A stretch of 64,000 nt of DNA, from positions 2,656,001-2,720,000 of the forward strand of contig CBDFMQ010000002.1 in the NCBI GenBank assembly GCA_965249725.1. Direction: 5' to 3'. Origin of the DNA: Longimicrobiales bacterium. GTDB lineage: Bacteria > Gemmatimonadota > Gemmatimonadetes > Longimicrobiales > Gaopeijiaceae. Position 1 is the stretch's first letter. Each line of letters opens with the position of its first letter. The position numbers and the translations under genes were made by a program. Shown here piece by piece: positions 1 through 10,357 of the stretch. The notes under the pieces were generated by a model that saw only the letters and a program-made list of their open reading frames with translations, had not been told where the DNA came from and did no database searches.

Positions 1-568
1 CGTGGGCCCGAAAGCCGTCCCGGCGATGCACCATAGTGAGCTGCTCTGCCCGGTCCTTGAGACTGAGCGCCCAGTCCAGCGCCGAGTCTCCGCCGCCGAC
101 GAGGAGCACCTTCTTGCCTACATATTCGTCCGGGTCCTTCACCGCGTAGTAGATCCCGCTGCCGAGCAGCTCCTCGTACCCGGGGCAGGCGAGGTGCCGA
201 GGCTCGAAGGCTCCCTTGCCGCCAGCGATGAGAACGGCCCGGCTGGCGTACTCTCCGCCCCTGCACCGGAAGACGAAATGGTCTCCGTCCTTCTCGAGGT
301 CGCGGACCTCTTCGTCCAGAACCACGTCCGGATCGAACTGGGTCCCTTGGGTGATCATGTCCCGGGCCAGGTCCTTGGCCAGAATCTTGGGGATTCCACC
401 GACGTCGAAGACGTTTTTTTCGGGATAGAGAGCCATGAGTTGGCCCCCTAGCTCGGGCAGGGAGTCGATGATGCGCGTCGAGACACCCCTGAGCCCTGCA
501 TAGAATGCACCGAAGAGGCCCGTGGGTCCGCCTCCGATGATCGTGATGTCCCGTACGTCGTCTTGCAT
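1..568 (-). CDS. Ferredoxin--NADP+ reductase, TrxB-like/YumC type (runs off the window edge; absent from the ORF track)
   Basis: Manual translation from ATG at 568: MQDDVRDITIIGGGPTGLFGAFYAGLRG...GGQLMALYPEK..DVGG...VGGGDSALDWA...HRRDGFRAH. FAD and NADPH motifs present; no CxxC (GIYYAVKD), as in FNR type 2. Confidence 0.88.
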   Translation of the reverse strand, partial: MQDDVRDITIIGGGPTGLFGAFYAGLRGVSTRIIDSLPELGGQLMALYPEKNVFDVGGIPKILAKDLARDMITQGTQFDPDVVLDEEVRDLEKDGDHFVFRCRGGEYASRAVLIAGGKGAFEPRHLACPGYEELLGSGIYYAVKDPDEYVGKKVLLVGGGDSALDWALSLKDRAEQLTMVHRRDGFRAH

Positions 569-704
569 GCTCTATCTGGATGGGCCAGGCGCAGCCGACT
601 GGCGGTCGGTCTTCGATGAATCAGCAGCCTGAAGTCTAACTTCGGACGGGAGGAGGTCCAACCGGATCAGGGGCGGTGGAGAAGAGGTCACTCGAAGTGA
701 GTGA

Positions 705-1967
705 CTAGGGGCCCTCGACGGACCCCTCCTGCCCTCCGACGAAGAGCTCGGACCCGCGGTAACGCTCGAATCCGCGCACCACGAGCAGCTTGACTCCAAC
801 CGCGGCCGGCACGCCCACCAGAAGGCCCACGAACCCGAAGAAGAAGCCGCCCACCGACAAGGCGAGCACGATCCACACCGGGTGAAGTCCCACGGACTCG
901 CCAACAATACGGGGGCTGATGAAGCTGCCCTCCAGGATCTGCGTGAAGCCGTACACGCCGGCCACCTTTATCAGCGACGTCACCACGTTGCCACTCACCA
1001 AGGCGACAATGATCGCCGGAATGATGCTGAGAACGAGCCCGAGGAACGGGATCAGTCCCAGTACGCCTACCAATCCCCCCAAGAGGAATGGATAGGGAAA
1101 GCGAACGACGAACAGGAGCACACCGGTTAGGACACCGAGGATGACGGCCACGGTGACCTGTCCCCGGAGGTAGTTGGCCAACAGGGCATCGTACTCCGTT
1201 GCGAAGTCCACGATGGCAGCTTCGCGAGAGCGTGGCAGCAGGGGCCTGACCTGCCCGAGGATCTTGTCATAGTCCCGGAGCAGGTAAAAGGTGAGCACCG
1301 GTGTGAGGACCACGTATCCGACCAGGGTCGCCACCGATCCCAGTCCCCTTCCCAGGCCCAGAACGCTGGCCCACGCCCCGCTCGCCAGGCTCGTGCGACG
1401 CTCATGCAGGAACGTCACGACCTGAGCGGGATCGAGTGTCCGCAGATCCGGCAGTGACTCCTGATCCAGGCCGGGGATGTTCGCCAGGAGAACACGCTCG
1501 CGAAGTCCGTTGACCCAACCACCCACCCGGTCCAACAGAGTCGGTGCCGCCTCGATGAGCTGATCGATCTGAACGATCAAGGCCGGAATCCCGAAGAGCA
1601 CGAGCACTACACAGAGCGCCACCACCGGCAACCCGAGAAGGACGATGGCCAGGGTGCGGCCCACGCCGCGACGCTCGAGAGCGTCGACCGCCGGATCCAG
1701 CATGTACGCCAGTACGAAGCCCAGGACGAACGGGGCGAGCAGGAAGCCCGTCGTGGCAAGCAGCCAATACAGGGTGAGAATCGCCGCGACAAAGACGATT
1801 AGCCCATGTCCCTGCACCTCGCGGAAGGGCAGCAGCAGCACTACCAGGATCCAGAAGAGGAGGAAGGGGTTCAGCAGGCCCTGGATGCTGAACAAGAAGA
1901 GGCCCAGCACGAGGAGGGCCGCGAGAGCCTGCAATGCCCTCCACGCCGACTGCGCGTTGGTCATCAT
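705..1967 (-). CDS. AI-2E family (PerM-like) transporter
   Basis: Multi-TM protein with LAPF..LAYMLDPAV, FYLLRD, YLRGQ, IPFLG, QILEG..ISPRIVGESVGLHPVW motifs. Confidence 0.92.
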   Translation of the reverse strand: MMTNAQSAWRALQALAALLVLGLFLFSIQGLLNPFLLFWILVVLLLPFREVQGHGLIVFVAAILTLYWLLATTGFLLAPFVLGFVLAYMLDPAVDALERRGVGRTLAIVLLGLPVVALCVVLVLFGIPALIVQIDQLIEAAPTLLDRVGGWVNGLRERVLLANIPGLDQESLPDLRTLDPAQVVTFLHERRTSLASGAWASVLGLGRGLGSVATLVGYVVLTPVLTFYLLRDYDKILGQVRPLLPRSREAAIVDFATEYDALLANYLRGQVTVAVILGVLTGVLLFVVRFPYPFLLGGLVGVLGLIPFLGLVLSIIPAIIVALVSGNVVTSLIKVAGVYGFTQILEGSFISPRIVGESVGLHPVWIVLALSVGGFFFGFVGLLVGVPAAVGVKLLVVRGFERYRGSELFVGGQEGSVEGP

Positions 1968-2416
1968 ACGATGTCCTTCACTTCATTCGACTCCAAAGCT
2001 GCAGCGGCCCGCTCGACGACTTCCCTGGCATTGTCATAGGCGACCGTGGTGATGGCGTCCGGCACCGGCAACCACTGGCACTCGGTGATTCCCTCCTCGA
2101 CCTCGGGTCGGGCGTCACCGTCTCGCGAAGCCATCAGGAAGTACTCGCAGAACTTGTGGACCAGATCGCCCTTCAGGCGAAAGTACCAATCGATGGTCCC
2201 GAGCGACGGGCCCACCCTCAACTCGTCGAGCCCCGTTTCCTCTCCGACCTCACGGACCGCCGCTTCATCCGAACTCTCCTTGCCCTCGAGATGGCCCTTG
2301 GGCAATCCCCACTTCCCGTAGGGATCCTTGATCAGCAGGAAGTGCACCGAGCCCTCGATCCTGCGTGCCACCACGCCGCCGGAGCTCCTCTCGATCCTCG
2401 CCCGGGGCTTCGCCAT
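1964..2416 (-). CDS. NUDIX hydrolase (Ap4A hydrolase-like)
   Basis: WGLPKGHLEGKESSDEAAVREVGEETGL Nudix box. Confidence 0.92.
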   Translation of the reverse strand: MAKPRARIERSSGGVVARRIEGSVHFLLIKDPYGKWGLPKGHLEGKESSDEAAVREVGEETGLDELRVGPSLGTIDWYFRLKGDLVHKFCEYFLMASRDGDARPEVEEGITECQWLPVPDAITTVAYDNAREVVERAAAALESNEVKDIV

Positions 2417-2427
2417 CAGTCGCTGCG

Positions 2428-3438
2428 CTAGAAAATGGAGAGCCGCACGTACTTGCGCGGATTCGCCCGGATGTCCTGCATGAGAAGGTTGAGCTCCTCC
2501 AACAGGCCCTCTGCGCGAGCCGCGAACGCAGTATCGGAAATGAGCCGACCAAGGGATCCTTCTCCCTGCTCCACTCGATCCGTGATCCGGCTCAAGGCCA
2601 GCATGGTCGAGTCGGCCAGAGCCAGTGTCTTGGTGAGTCTCTCGGATGCGGAGGATATTTCGCTGGGTACGTCCCTCAAGCCCTCCGTGATGACCCGAGT
2701 GTTTACCAGAATGGAGTCCACGTCACCGGAAGAGAGCACGGCGTCGATACTCTCCAATGACCCCCGAGCCGCAGTGATTGCCGTGGCGATCTCGTCCGCA
2801 GACGTCCTGACGTCCTCCGCGATGTCCGTGATCTGGGTGGACTGCTCTTCGACAACCCTCCCCAGGGTGGCCGTGAGTTGCTCCATGTTGTCGATGGCTT
2901 GGGCGAGTTGATCGGCGGTTTCGTCGCTGAAGGCACGATCGAAGCGGTCGGTTAGGGAGGCGAGGTTCTGGGCCACTTCGTCGGCAACGGCCGTGAGGCG
3001 CGACAGGTCCGGGAGGGTGAACCCTCCCAGCACCCGTATCCCGTCCTCGAACCGGGCATCCGCCGGAACCTCATAGAAGTCGAAGCTCGGAAAGCGTGCG
3101 CTGGTCACGATCTCGGCCTGCCAGTCCCCAAACATCGACTCCGGCGCGATGACGACCGCCGCGTCTTGTTCCAGAATCCAGTCGCCTTCGAGGAGTAACT
3201 CGATCCGTACCGCGGCACCGCCCGCGACGACCGAGATATTCCCCACCTGCCCGATGCTCACTCCCCTGAACTTCACACCGTTTCCGCTGGCGAGTTGACC
3301 GGCGTCGCGGAGAAGCACGTGGATCTCCGTCTCGGTGCTGCCAAACCGCTTGCCCTGCAGCCAGAGCGAGCCGAAGACGCCCACGACCAGGCCGGCGAGA
3401 ACGACCGAACCGACGAGCAGTTCACGGCGGCGCGTCAC
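2428..3438 (-). CDS. mlaD: MlaD/MCE-domain protein
   Basis: N-terminal TM, MCE domain (GNGVKFRGVSIGQV), helical extension, GEGSLGRLI...DIRANPRKY end; downstream of mlaE/mlaF. Confidence 0.88.
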   Translation of the reverse strand: MTRRRELLVGSVVLAGLVVGVFGSLWLQGKRFGSTETEIHVLLRDAGQLASGNGVKFRGVSIGQVGNISVVAGGAAVRIELLLEGDWILEQDAAVVIAPESMFGDWQAEIVTSARFPSFDFYEVPADARFEDGIRVLGGFTLPDLSRLTAVADEVAQNLASLTDRFDRAFSDETADQLAQAIDNMEQLTATLGRVVEEQSTQITDIAEDVRTSADEIATAITAARGSLESIDAVLSSGDVDSILVNTRVITEGLRDVPSEISSASERLTKTLALADSTMLALSRITDRVEQGEGSLGRLISDTAFAARAEGLLEELNLLMQDIRANPRKYVRLSIF

Positions 3439-4184
3439 TGCAGGGACTCCATCAGCTCCGGCCGGCCCTCGATGAAGGCCCTGAGCAGCGGGTCGGTCGA
3501 CTCCTGGGTCTCTTCGACCGTGCCGACGGTCCGGAGGCGGCCCTCATAGAGCATGGCGATCCGGTCGGAGATGCGGTACGCGCTCTCCATGTCGTGTGTG
3601 ATGACGATACCGGTCACACCCAGCTCCTCACTCATCCGGATAATCAGGCGGTCGATGATGGTAACGGTGATCGGATCGAGTCCGGTGGTCGGCTCATCAT
3701 ACAACAAGTACTTGGGTCTTGTTGCGATGGCCCGCGCCAGGCCCGCCCTCTTCACCATACCCCCAGAGAGCTCGGATGGGTAGCGGCTCTCGACCCCCTC
3801 GAGGTCGACCAGCGAGAGACACTCGCGCACGCGGGCGCGGATCTCCTCCTCGTACATATCGGGGATGCGGCGGAGGCCCATCGCTACGTTTTCGGCGATG
3901 GTCATGGAGTCGAAGAGCGCAGCGAACTGGAAGACGTATCCGACGTTGCGGCGCAGCTCGGAAAGATCGTCCCCCTCGAGCTCGGCGATATTCTGCCCGT
4001 CCACCCACACTCCCCCGCTGTCCGGTTGGATGAGGCCCACGAGGTGCTTGAGCGTGACCGACTTCCCGGCCCCGGAGGCTCCGATAATGCTCAACGTCTC
4101 TCCCTCGTGAACTTCGAGGGAGAATCCCCGGAGGATCTGCTTCATCCCGAACGCCTTATGGACGTCGTCGAGGCGAATACTCAC
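3435..4184 (-). CDS. mlaF: ABC transporter ATP-binding protein, MlaF/Mkl family
   Basis: Walker A GASGAGKS, LSGGM, YDEPTTGLDP, ITHD. Start placed at GTG 4184, which overlaps the mlaE stop (GTGA). Confidence 0.93.
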   Translation of the reverse strand: MSIRLDDVHKAFGMKQILRGFSLEVHEGETLSIIGASGAGKSVTLKHLVGLIQPDSGGVWVDGQNIAELEGDDLSELRRNVGYVFQFAALFDSMTIAENVAMGLRRIPDMYEEEIRARVRECLSLVDLEGVESRYPSELSGGMVKRAGLARAIATRPKYLLYDEPTTGLDPITVTIIDRLIIRMSEELGVTGIVITHDMESAYRISDRIAMLYEGRLRTVGTVEETQESTDPLLRAFIEGRPELMESLQ

Positions 4185-4963
4185 AGCAGGACCAGTGCCC
4201 AGAAGGCGTCTAGGACGAGAATCAGCATGCTCGCCAACACGACCGACCGCGTGGCGGAGATGCCGACACCCGCTGCCCCGCCCTTGGTGTGGAAGCCGTA
4301 AAACGACCCCACTCCGGTCACGATCAGGCCGAAGCTCGTGCTCTTGATGGCAGCGAACTGCACGTCCCACGGCTCGAAGAAGAGCTTGAGTCCCTTGAGG
4401 AATTCGGCGCTCGACATGTCGAGCAGGGCCATCGACGCCGCCCAGCCGGCCACGACTCCCATCGCGCTTGCGAGGACCACGACGATCGGGAACATGAGGA
4501 CTCCGGCCAGCACACGGGGCACGACCAGGTACGCCAGAGGATCGTAGGCCAACGTCTCGAGAGCGTCGATCTGCTCCGTTACCCGCATGGTGCCGATCTC
4601 CGCCGAGATGCTCGCCCCGACTCTCCCGGAAAGCGACAGGCCGGTGAGTACTGGGCCCAGCTCCAGGATCATGGTCTTACCGACCAGAGTCCCTACGAAG
4701 TACATGGGGATGGCGCCCGTGAACGTATACGACGCCTGGAGCGCCAGTACGATGCCGGTGAAGGTCGCGATGAAGAGGGCGATGGGAACGGAGGCGACAC
4801 CTACGGCCACCAACTGGGGCATCAGGTTGGGGCCCCAGATCTCTACGTTCTTCAGGGCCCGCGTCGCACCCGCCGCGAGATAGCTCGCCCTTCCGAGCGA
4901 TCGCAAGGCGCCCAACGTCCAACGGCCGACATACCGTACGGGAGCCACAATGGTGCCGTTCAT
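4181..4963 (-). CDS. mlaE: ABC transporter permease, MlaE family
   Basis: ELGPVLTGL..SGRVGASISAEIGTMRVTEQIDALE and GGAAGVG..ATRSVV motifs. Confidence 0.95.
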   Translation of the reverse strand: MNGTIVAPVRYVGRWTLGALRSLGRASYLAAGATRALKNVEIWGPNLMPQLVAVGVASVPIALFIATFTGIVLALQASYTFTGAIPMYFVGTLVGKTMILELGPVLTGLSLSGRVGASISAEIGTMRVTEQIDALETLAYDPLAYLVVPRVLAGVLMFPIVVVLASAMGVVAGWAASMALLDMSSAEFLKGLKLFFEPWDVQFAAIKSTSFGLIVTGVGSFYGFHTKGGAAGVGISATRSVVLASMLILVLDAFWALVLL

Positions 4964-5064
4964 GGACGGAACATAGCCGAGCCGCGATTGCAGTGGCTAG
5001 TGCACTCTGGTCGTGTCTGGGGGGACCGCGGGGAGGGGCGGAGGATGGCTGGCTGCGACCCGGT

Positions 5065-5424
5065 TCAGCCTCGCGACGCCATCGGCATGTCGTCTTCCAG
5101 CGTGTACACGATCTCTTCGACCCCGCCGTCCGCCGTCGGGATCATGCAAGTAACCTGCACTCTGGACACCAGCTGGTACGGATCCGACACCGCAACTTCC
5201 ATATCGACGCCCTGACCCGGTGACATGATGCGGGTACGCACCCGCTCGCCGGGACTCAGCTCACGTCTCTTCGCTGGATTGCGAAAGAGGGTCTTCGTGG
5301 ACTGCCGACCGCTATCGAGCGTCCGGGTGACCTTGACCAACCGGAGCCAGTCCGGCTGATAGTTGATCTGGTACTCGAACCCCTGCTGGTCCGCGCCCTT
5401 GCCCTCCCGGTTGTGCCTCCCCAT
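5065..5424 (-). CDS. Hypothetical protein (119 aa)
   Basis: ORF with coding-like codon use; ATG 5424 preceded by GGAGGG; promoter-like sequence upstream. Confidence 0.75.
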   Translation of the reverse strand: MGRHNREGKGADQQGFEYQINYQPDWLRLVKVTRTLDSGRQSTKTLFRNPAKRRELSPGERVRTRIMSPGQGVDMEVAVSDPYQLVSRVQVTCMIPTADGGVEEIVYTLEDDMPMASRG

Positions 5425-5439
5425 GTACCCTCCGGTAAA

Positions 5440-5535
5440 AAATAGCAAAAAAGCGAGAGGTAAACGAATGTTTCTCCGGCGCCGGAAATTGTCAAGTTTC
5501 TCTTCCTGAAAAACCGGAAAGCGCTTTTGCTATTT
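5440..5535 (-). promoter_or_regulatory. Sigma70-like promoter bracketed by an 11-bp inverted repeat
   Basis: Minus-strand TTGACA (5495-5490), 17-nt spacer, weak -10 AACATT (5472-5467); AAATAGCAAAA at 5440-5450 and TTTTGCTATTT at 5525-5535; palindrome TCCGGCGCCGGA at 5475-5486. Confidence 0.55.
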
Positions 5536-5574
5536 GGTGTTTCCCGGGATGGCGAGAAACGAATTCACGCCAAC

Positions 5575-6732
5575 TCAGAATCGTACAGGGAGGGGTACAA
5601 AGGTCAGAAAAAAGATCAAGATGGCCGAGAACGCGATCGCGATTCGCACCGGATCCAGTTTCACTTGGGGCTGAAACACCTTCGGGTGGGCCAGGCGACC
5701 CCGGCTCAAGAACACCGCGATGCCGGCCCACAGCCACCAGCCCCACCACAGTCGCCCAAGGGGGAGCAAGACCAGCAGCAGGACCACCGCTGCCCACTTC
5801 TGTGCCCTATCCGAGAGGGCATGGAGGATGTGGCCACCATCCAGCTGGCCGAAAGGAAGCAGGTTGAGGAAGGTGACGAACAGGCCGATCCAAGCCGCGA
5901 ACGCGACGGGATGCAGGAGGACGGCGTCTACTCCCAGGTCGGCGGCAAAGAAGAGCTGAAGGATCGCCTCGACCACCAGGCCCGAGCCCAACCAGATCGG
6001 TTGGCCTGCGAATTCGACCAACATGGGCATGCCGGCTTCGGTCGCGGGGACCGTCTCTGAAAGCGCGAGTCCCACGACGAGGAGCAGGACGGAGAGAACG
6101 AAGCTCGCGATAGGACCTCCCACTCCGATGTCGAGGAGGACCGAACGTCTCACGAGGGGGCCACGTATCCGGATGAAGGCACCCAGAGTCCCGATGGCGG
6201 AGTAGTAGGCGGGAAAGGGAATGAAGTACGGAAGGCTGGCGGGAACCCGGTGGCGTCGTGCCATGAGAAAGTGGCCCATTTCATGGACCATCAGGATGGT
6301 CATCAGCGCAAGAGCGAACGGCGCGCCCGCTGCCATGCTCCCCCAATGCACAGTGGTGGGAACGGGCACCCAGGCACCCCAAAACTCGACGAATTCCGTC
6401 GCCAGGGGGTCGATCCCGAGTAAGAGGGCACCCGCCATGAACGTGGTGAACAACGTGAGCAAGAGAAGGAGTCCATGGATCAACCAGGGCCGAGGCCTGG
6501 CCCTCGGGCTCGCTCGCAGGAGGGCCACCTCAACGCCCTGATCCGTGTCGGCCAGATAGGTCGGGCCATCCCAATCCCGAAGGGCGGCCGAGACCAACGG
6601 ATCCTCAGGCTCCAGGTCCGATCGCAGTTCCCCGACGACGAGTTCCGTGTCTCCCATCAGGCCGATGCGGTACGTGGCCAAAATGGTCATCCAACTGCCT
6701 GACGGACTCTTGACCACTTCACCGTCGGACAT
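5575..6732 (-). CDS. Site-2 protease (peptidase M50) family membrane metalloprotease
   Basis: HEMGH zinc motif, GGPIAS, NLLPFGQLDGGH; start placed at ATG 6732 to avoid overlap with rho. Confidence 0.92.
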   Translation of the reverse strand: MSDGEVVKSPSGSWMTILATYRIGLMGDTELVVGELRSDLEPEDPLVSAALRDWDGPTYLADTDQGVEVALLRASPRARPRPWLIHGLLLLLTLFTTFMAGALLLGIDPLATEFVEFWGAWVPVPTTVHWGSMAAGAPFALALMTILMVHEMGHFLMARRHRVPASLPYFIPFPAYYSAIGTLGAFIRIRGPLVRRSVLLDIGVGGPIASFVLSVLLLVVGLALSETVPATEAGMPMLVEFAGQPIWLGSGLVVEAILQLFFAADLGVDAVLLHPVAFAAWIGLFVTFLNLLPFGQLDGGHILHALSDRAQKWAAVVLLLVLLPLGRLWWGWWLWAGIAVFLSRGRLAHPKVFQPQVKLDPVRIAIAFSAILIFFLTFVPLPVRF

Positions 6733-6909
6733 TAAGATCGACTCGGTTCCTTCAGAACACCCCCACGCTTGGCCCCCGCCACCTGGGCGAGGAACTCTCC
6801 ATACCCTTCGTAGGTTTTGTCTTCGTGTTCCCCTCCAGCCTGACGCACTAGCCCCCGACCTGCCCTCTCGGCCGTCTTGCCGTAGGTGGCGTGCAAACCC
6901 GGAGTAGAA

Positions 6910-8163
6910 GTGGACATCGCGCAGTTGAAGAGCAAGAGCGTTGGAGACCTCCATGATATGGCGGAGGAACTCAACATCTCCAACTACTCTGGGCTCCGCA
7001 AGCAAGACCTGATCTTCCGAATCGAGCAGAATCTGCTCGACAACGAAGTGGTCCTCCGTGGGGAGGGTGTGCTCGAGATCTTGACCGAGGGATACGGGTT
7101 CCTGCGCTCGCAGGACTGGAGCTATCTATACGGACCGGACGACATCTACGTCAGTCCTTCGCAGATCAAACGCTTCGATCTCCGGACCGGAGACACCGTC
7201 CTCGGCCAGGTGCGGCCCCCCAAGGAAGGAGAGCGCTACCTCGCACTCCTGAAAGTCGAGAGCGTCAACGGCGACAACCCGGACAACGCCAAACAGCGCA
7301 TCGCATTCGACAACCTGCGGCCGCGGTACCCCGAGGACCGGCTCACGCTCGAAGTCGCCGATGAAGACCTGTCGATGCGAATCATGGACCTGGTGGCGCC
7401 GGTGGGAATGGGCCAGAGAGGACTGATCGTCTCCCCGCCCAAGGCGGGTAAGACGATGCTGTTGCAGAAGATCGCCAACGCCATCACCGCCAACCATCCG
7501 GATGTGCACCTCATCGTCCTGCTCATCGACGAGCGCCCCGAAGAGGTGACGGACATGGAGGAGCACGTCGATGGCGAGGTCATCTCGTCCACCTTCGACG
7601 AGCCGGCGGACCGCCACGCACAGGTCGCCGAGATGGTGCTGGAGAAGGCGAAGCGGCTGGTGGAGCACGGAAAGGACGTGGTCGTCCTGTTGGACTCCAT
7701 CACGCGCCTGGCCCGGGCCTACAACAGCACCATGCCCCACTCGGGTAAGATCCTGTCGGGAGGGGTCGATGCGAACGCTCTGCAGAAACCCAAGCGATTC
7801 TTCGGGGCCGCGCGAAACATCGACGAGGGAGGGTCGCTGACCATAATCGCGACAGCGCTGGTGGAGACCGGGAGCCGTATGGACGAGGTCATCTTCGAGG
7901 AGTTCAAGGGGACCGGAAACATGGAGTTGATCCTCGACCGTCACATTTCCGACAAGAGGATCTTCCCGGCCATCGACATCAACCGCTCCGGGACCCGCAA
8001 GGAAGAGTTGCTGTTCACCGCCAACGAGTTGAACAGGGTGTACCTCCTCCGCAACTTCCTCTCCGACATGCCGCCCACCGAGGCTATCGAGTTCCTCATG
8101 GAACGCATGAGCCGGACAGAGACGAATCAGGAGTTCATGGACTCCATGGCCGGCGGCGAATAG
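6910..8163 (+). CDS. rho: Transcription termination factor Rho
   Basis: [62 protein letters not shown] before GTG 6910. Confidence 0.99.
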   Translation: MDIAQLKSKSVGDLHDMAEELNISNYSGLRKQDLIFRIEQNLLDNEVVLRGEGVLEILTEGYGFLRSQDWSYLYGPDDIYVSPSQIKRFDLRTGDTVLGQVRPPKEGERYLALLKVESVNGDNPDNAKQRIAFDNLRPRYPEDRLTLEVADEDLSMRIMDLVAPVGMGQRGLIVSPPKAGKTMLLQKIANAITANHPDVHLIVLLIDERPEEVTDMEEHVDGEVISSTFDEPADRHAQVAEMVLEKAKRLVEHGKDVVVLLDSITRLARAYNSTMPHSGKILSGGVDANALQKPKRFFGAARNIDEGGSLTIIATALVETGSRMDEVIFEEFKGTGNMELILDRHISDKRIFPAIDINRSGTRKEELLFTANELNRVYLLRNFLSDMPPTEAIEFLMERMSRTETNQEFMDSMAGGE

Positions 8164-8174
8164 ACCTAAGAGCT

Positions 8175-8265
8175 CGACGCTACAGCCCGACGCTACAGCC
8201 CGACGCTACAGCCCGACGCTACAGCCCGACGCTACAGCCCGACGCTACAGCCCGATGCTACAGCC
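8175..8265 (+). repeat. Tandem repeat, 7 x 13 bp (CGACGCTACAGCC)
   Basis: Six exact copies plus one with a single mismatch (CGATGCTACAGCC), starting 12 nt after the rho stop. Confidence 0.97.
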
Positions 8266-8362
8266 CGGCGCATGTGCAAGCCCGCCCCTCCCGTTCGTCA
8301 CTTGAGGTAGGCGGGCCCGGTTCCTTCGGTCCCGCGACGGGACAACTGAGAGGGGAACCACC

Positions 8363-10357
8363 ATGCGCACAGTGACACTTCTCCTGGCACTTCTCGCCGG
8401 ACTCATCACCGACGGACCCCAGAAGACAGGTTCACAGGGCACGGTCGTCGGCACCGTAACGGACGCGGCCACGGGCGCACCGCTATCGGGCGTTCAGATT
8501 TACGCGGACGGTCTGATGACAAGCTCCCTCACTGCGAGGGACGGGGGCTACATGCTCAGACTGGCCGCCATCGCCACAGGTGAGGTGACGATCCGAGCGG
8601 ATCTCATCGGATACAGAACCATGACCCGGCAGGTGACGCTGGGGGCCGACTCCGTTCGAGTGGACTTCGCCCTCGAGTCGACGAGGCGACAAGAGCCCGA
8701 GGCACAGCTGATGGACGAGACGGCCGTCGCGGCAGCGGCAGCGATTGGCTTGGACGGGCCCGGGAGCCGACGAGACGTTGCGGTATTGGTCCCCTCGCGG
8801 GCAAATGAGGATGCTCGGAAGGCTGGGGCCCTCTCCGTGAACGCAGCAGTGGCCCAGCCAAGGTTGCGGTCGCCCGGCGACCTATACCGGAGAGAGGGGA
8901 GCCTGCCCGAACGATACAACCCCGACTTCGAGCGCGAGGGCTACGAGCGGATCTTCGAGAACGACTTCCTGGCGGTCGGACCGAACCCACTCTCTACGTT
9001 CGGCATCGACGTCGATCGGGCATCGTACGCCAACGTGCGCCGCTTCATCCGCGGGGGGCAGCTGCCGCCGGCCGACGCCGTTCGGATCGAGGAGCTGATC
9101 AACTACTTCACCTACGAGTTGGACACGCCCGACGGACCGGACCCGTTCGCCGTCCATACCGAGATGGCACCCGCCCCGTGGAACCCCCTTCATCACCTGG
9201 TGCGTATCGGCATTCAGGGGCGGAAGATCGATACCGAGAACCTGCCCGCCAGCAACCTCGTCTTCCTGCTCGATGTGTCGGGCTCCATGAGGCCTGCCAA
9301 CAAGCTGCCCCTGCTCAAGTCCGCGCTGCGGCTCCTGGTCATGCAGATACGGCCGGAGGACCGAGTGGCCATCGTCGTGTACGCGGGCGCCGCGGGCCTG
9401 GTGCTGGAACCGACTGCGGGCAGTGAAAAAGAGCTCATTCTAGACGCGATCGATCGGCTGGAGGCCGGGGGCTCCACGGCGGGTGGAGCCGGAATCCAAC
9501 TCGCGTACGACGTCGCACAGCGGTACAACGTGGAGGGCGGCAACAACCGGATCATCCTGGCCACGGACGGCGACTTCAACGTCGGCGCATCGAGCGATGC
9601 GGAGATGGTGCGACTCATCGAAGAACGACGCGAAGAAGGGACCTTCCTGACCGTCCTGGGCTTCGGCACGGGCAACCTGCAGGACGCGAAGATGGAGAAG
9701 CTGGCCGACCACGGGAACGGCAACTTCGCGTATATCGATACCGAGCTCGAAGCCCAGAAGGTGTTGGTCAGCGAGTTCGGAGGCACGCTGCACACCATCG
9801 CGAAGGACTTGAAGGTCCAGGTGGAGTTCAATCCCACTCGCGTCCGCGGGTACCGCCTGATCGGGTACGAAAACCGCATGCTGGCCGCAGAGGACTTCAA
9901 CGACGATACGAAGGACGCGGGCGACCTGGGCGCCGGGCACACCGTAACGGCCCTCTACGAGGTAATCCCGACCGGGGTAGCGAGCGCCACGCCGGTCCGT
10001 GGCCTGGACGACCTGCGCTATCAGTCCACGGAGGTCCGAAACGAGGCATCCAGCCCGGAACTCATGTTCGTGAAGCTGCGCTACAAGGATCCCGACGGGA
10101 AGAAGAGCAGGCTCCTCACCCACACGGTGATCGACGGTACGACCATGCCGTCGGCCGACTTCATGTTCGCCGCGTCGGTCGCCGCCTTCGGGATGGTCCT
10201 ACGGGACTCCAAGTACTGTGGGGCGACCGATATGGAAGAGATCCTGCGCTGGGCGCGTGATTCGGTAGGAACCGACACGCAGGGCTACCGCAGCGAGTTC
10301 GTGGATCTGGTCCGCGAGGCGCATATACTAGCTCAATCCTCTACGGCGCCCTCGTAA
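8363..10357 (+). CDS. Secreted vWA-domain protein (YfbK-like) with N-terminal carboxypeptidase-regulatory-like domain
   Basis: Signal peptide, GTVTDAATGAPL, PLSTFGIDVDRASYANVRR, MIDAS DVSGSM, ATDGDFNVG, YRLIGYENR. Confidence 0.92.
   Translation: MRTVTLLLALLAGLITDGPQKTGSQGTVVGTVTDAATGAPLSGVQIYADGLMTSSLTARDGGYMLRLAAIATGEVTIRADLIGYRTMTRQVTLGADSVRVDFALESTRRQEPEAQLMDETAVAAAAAIGLDGPGSRRDVAVLVPSRANEDARKAGALSVNAAVAQPRLRSPGDLYRREGSLPERYNPDFEREGYERIFENDFLAVGPNPLSTFGIDVDRASYANVRRFIRGGQLPPADAVRIEELINYFTYELDTPDGPDPFAVHTEMAPAPWNPLHHLVRIGIQGRKIDTENLPASNLVFLLDVSGSMRPANKLPLLKSALRLLVMQIRPEDRVAIVVYAGAAGLVLEPTAGSEKELILDAIDRLEAGGSTAGGAGIQLAYDVAQRYNVEGGNNRIILATDGDFNVGASSDAEMVRLIEERREEGTFLTVLGFGTGNLQDAKMEKLADHGNGNFAYIDTELEAQKVLVSEFGGTLHTIAKDLKVQVEFNPTRVRGYRLIGYENRMLAAEDFNDDTKDAGDLGAGHTVTALYEVIPTGVASATPVRGLDDLRYQSTEVRNEASSPELMFVKLRYKDPDGKKSRLLTHTVIDGTTMPSADFMFAASVAAFGMVLRDSKYCGATDMEEILRWARDSVGTDTQGYRSEFVDLVREAHILAQSSTAPS

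Noticed and set aside
8175..8265. CRISPR array (also considered for 17645-17724, 29314-29385 and 33752-33919)
   Set aside because: Units are head-to-tail with no unique spacers, have the wrong lengths, and there are no cas genes.
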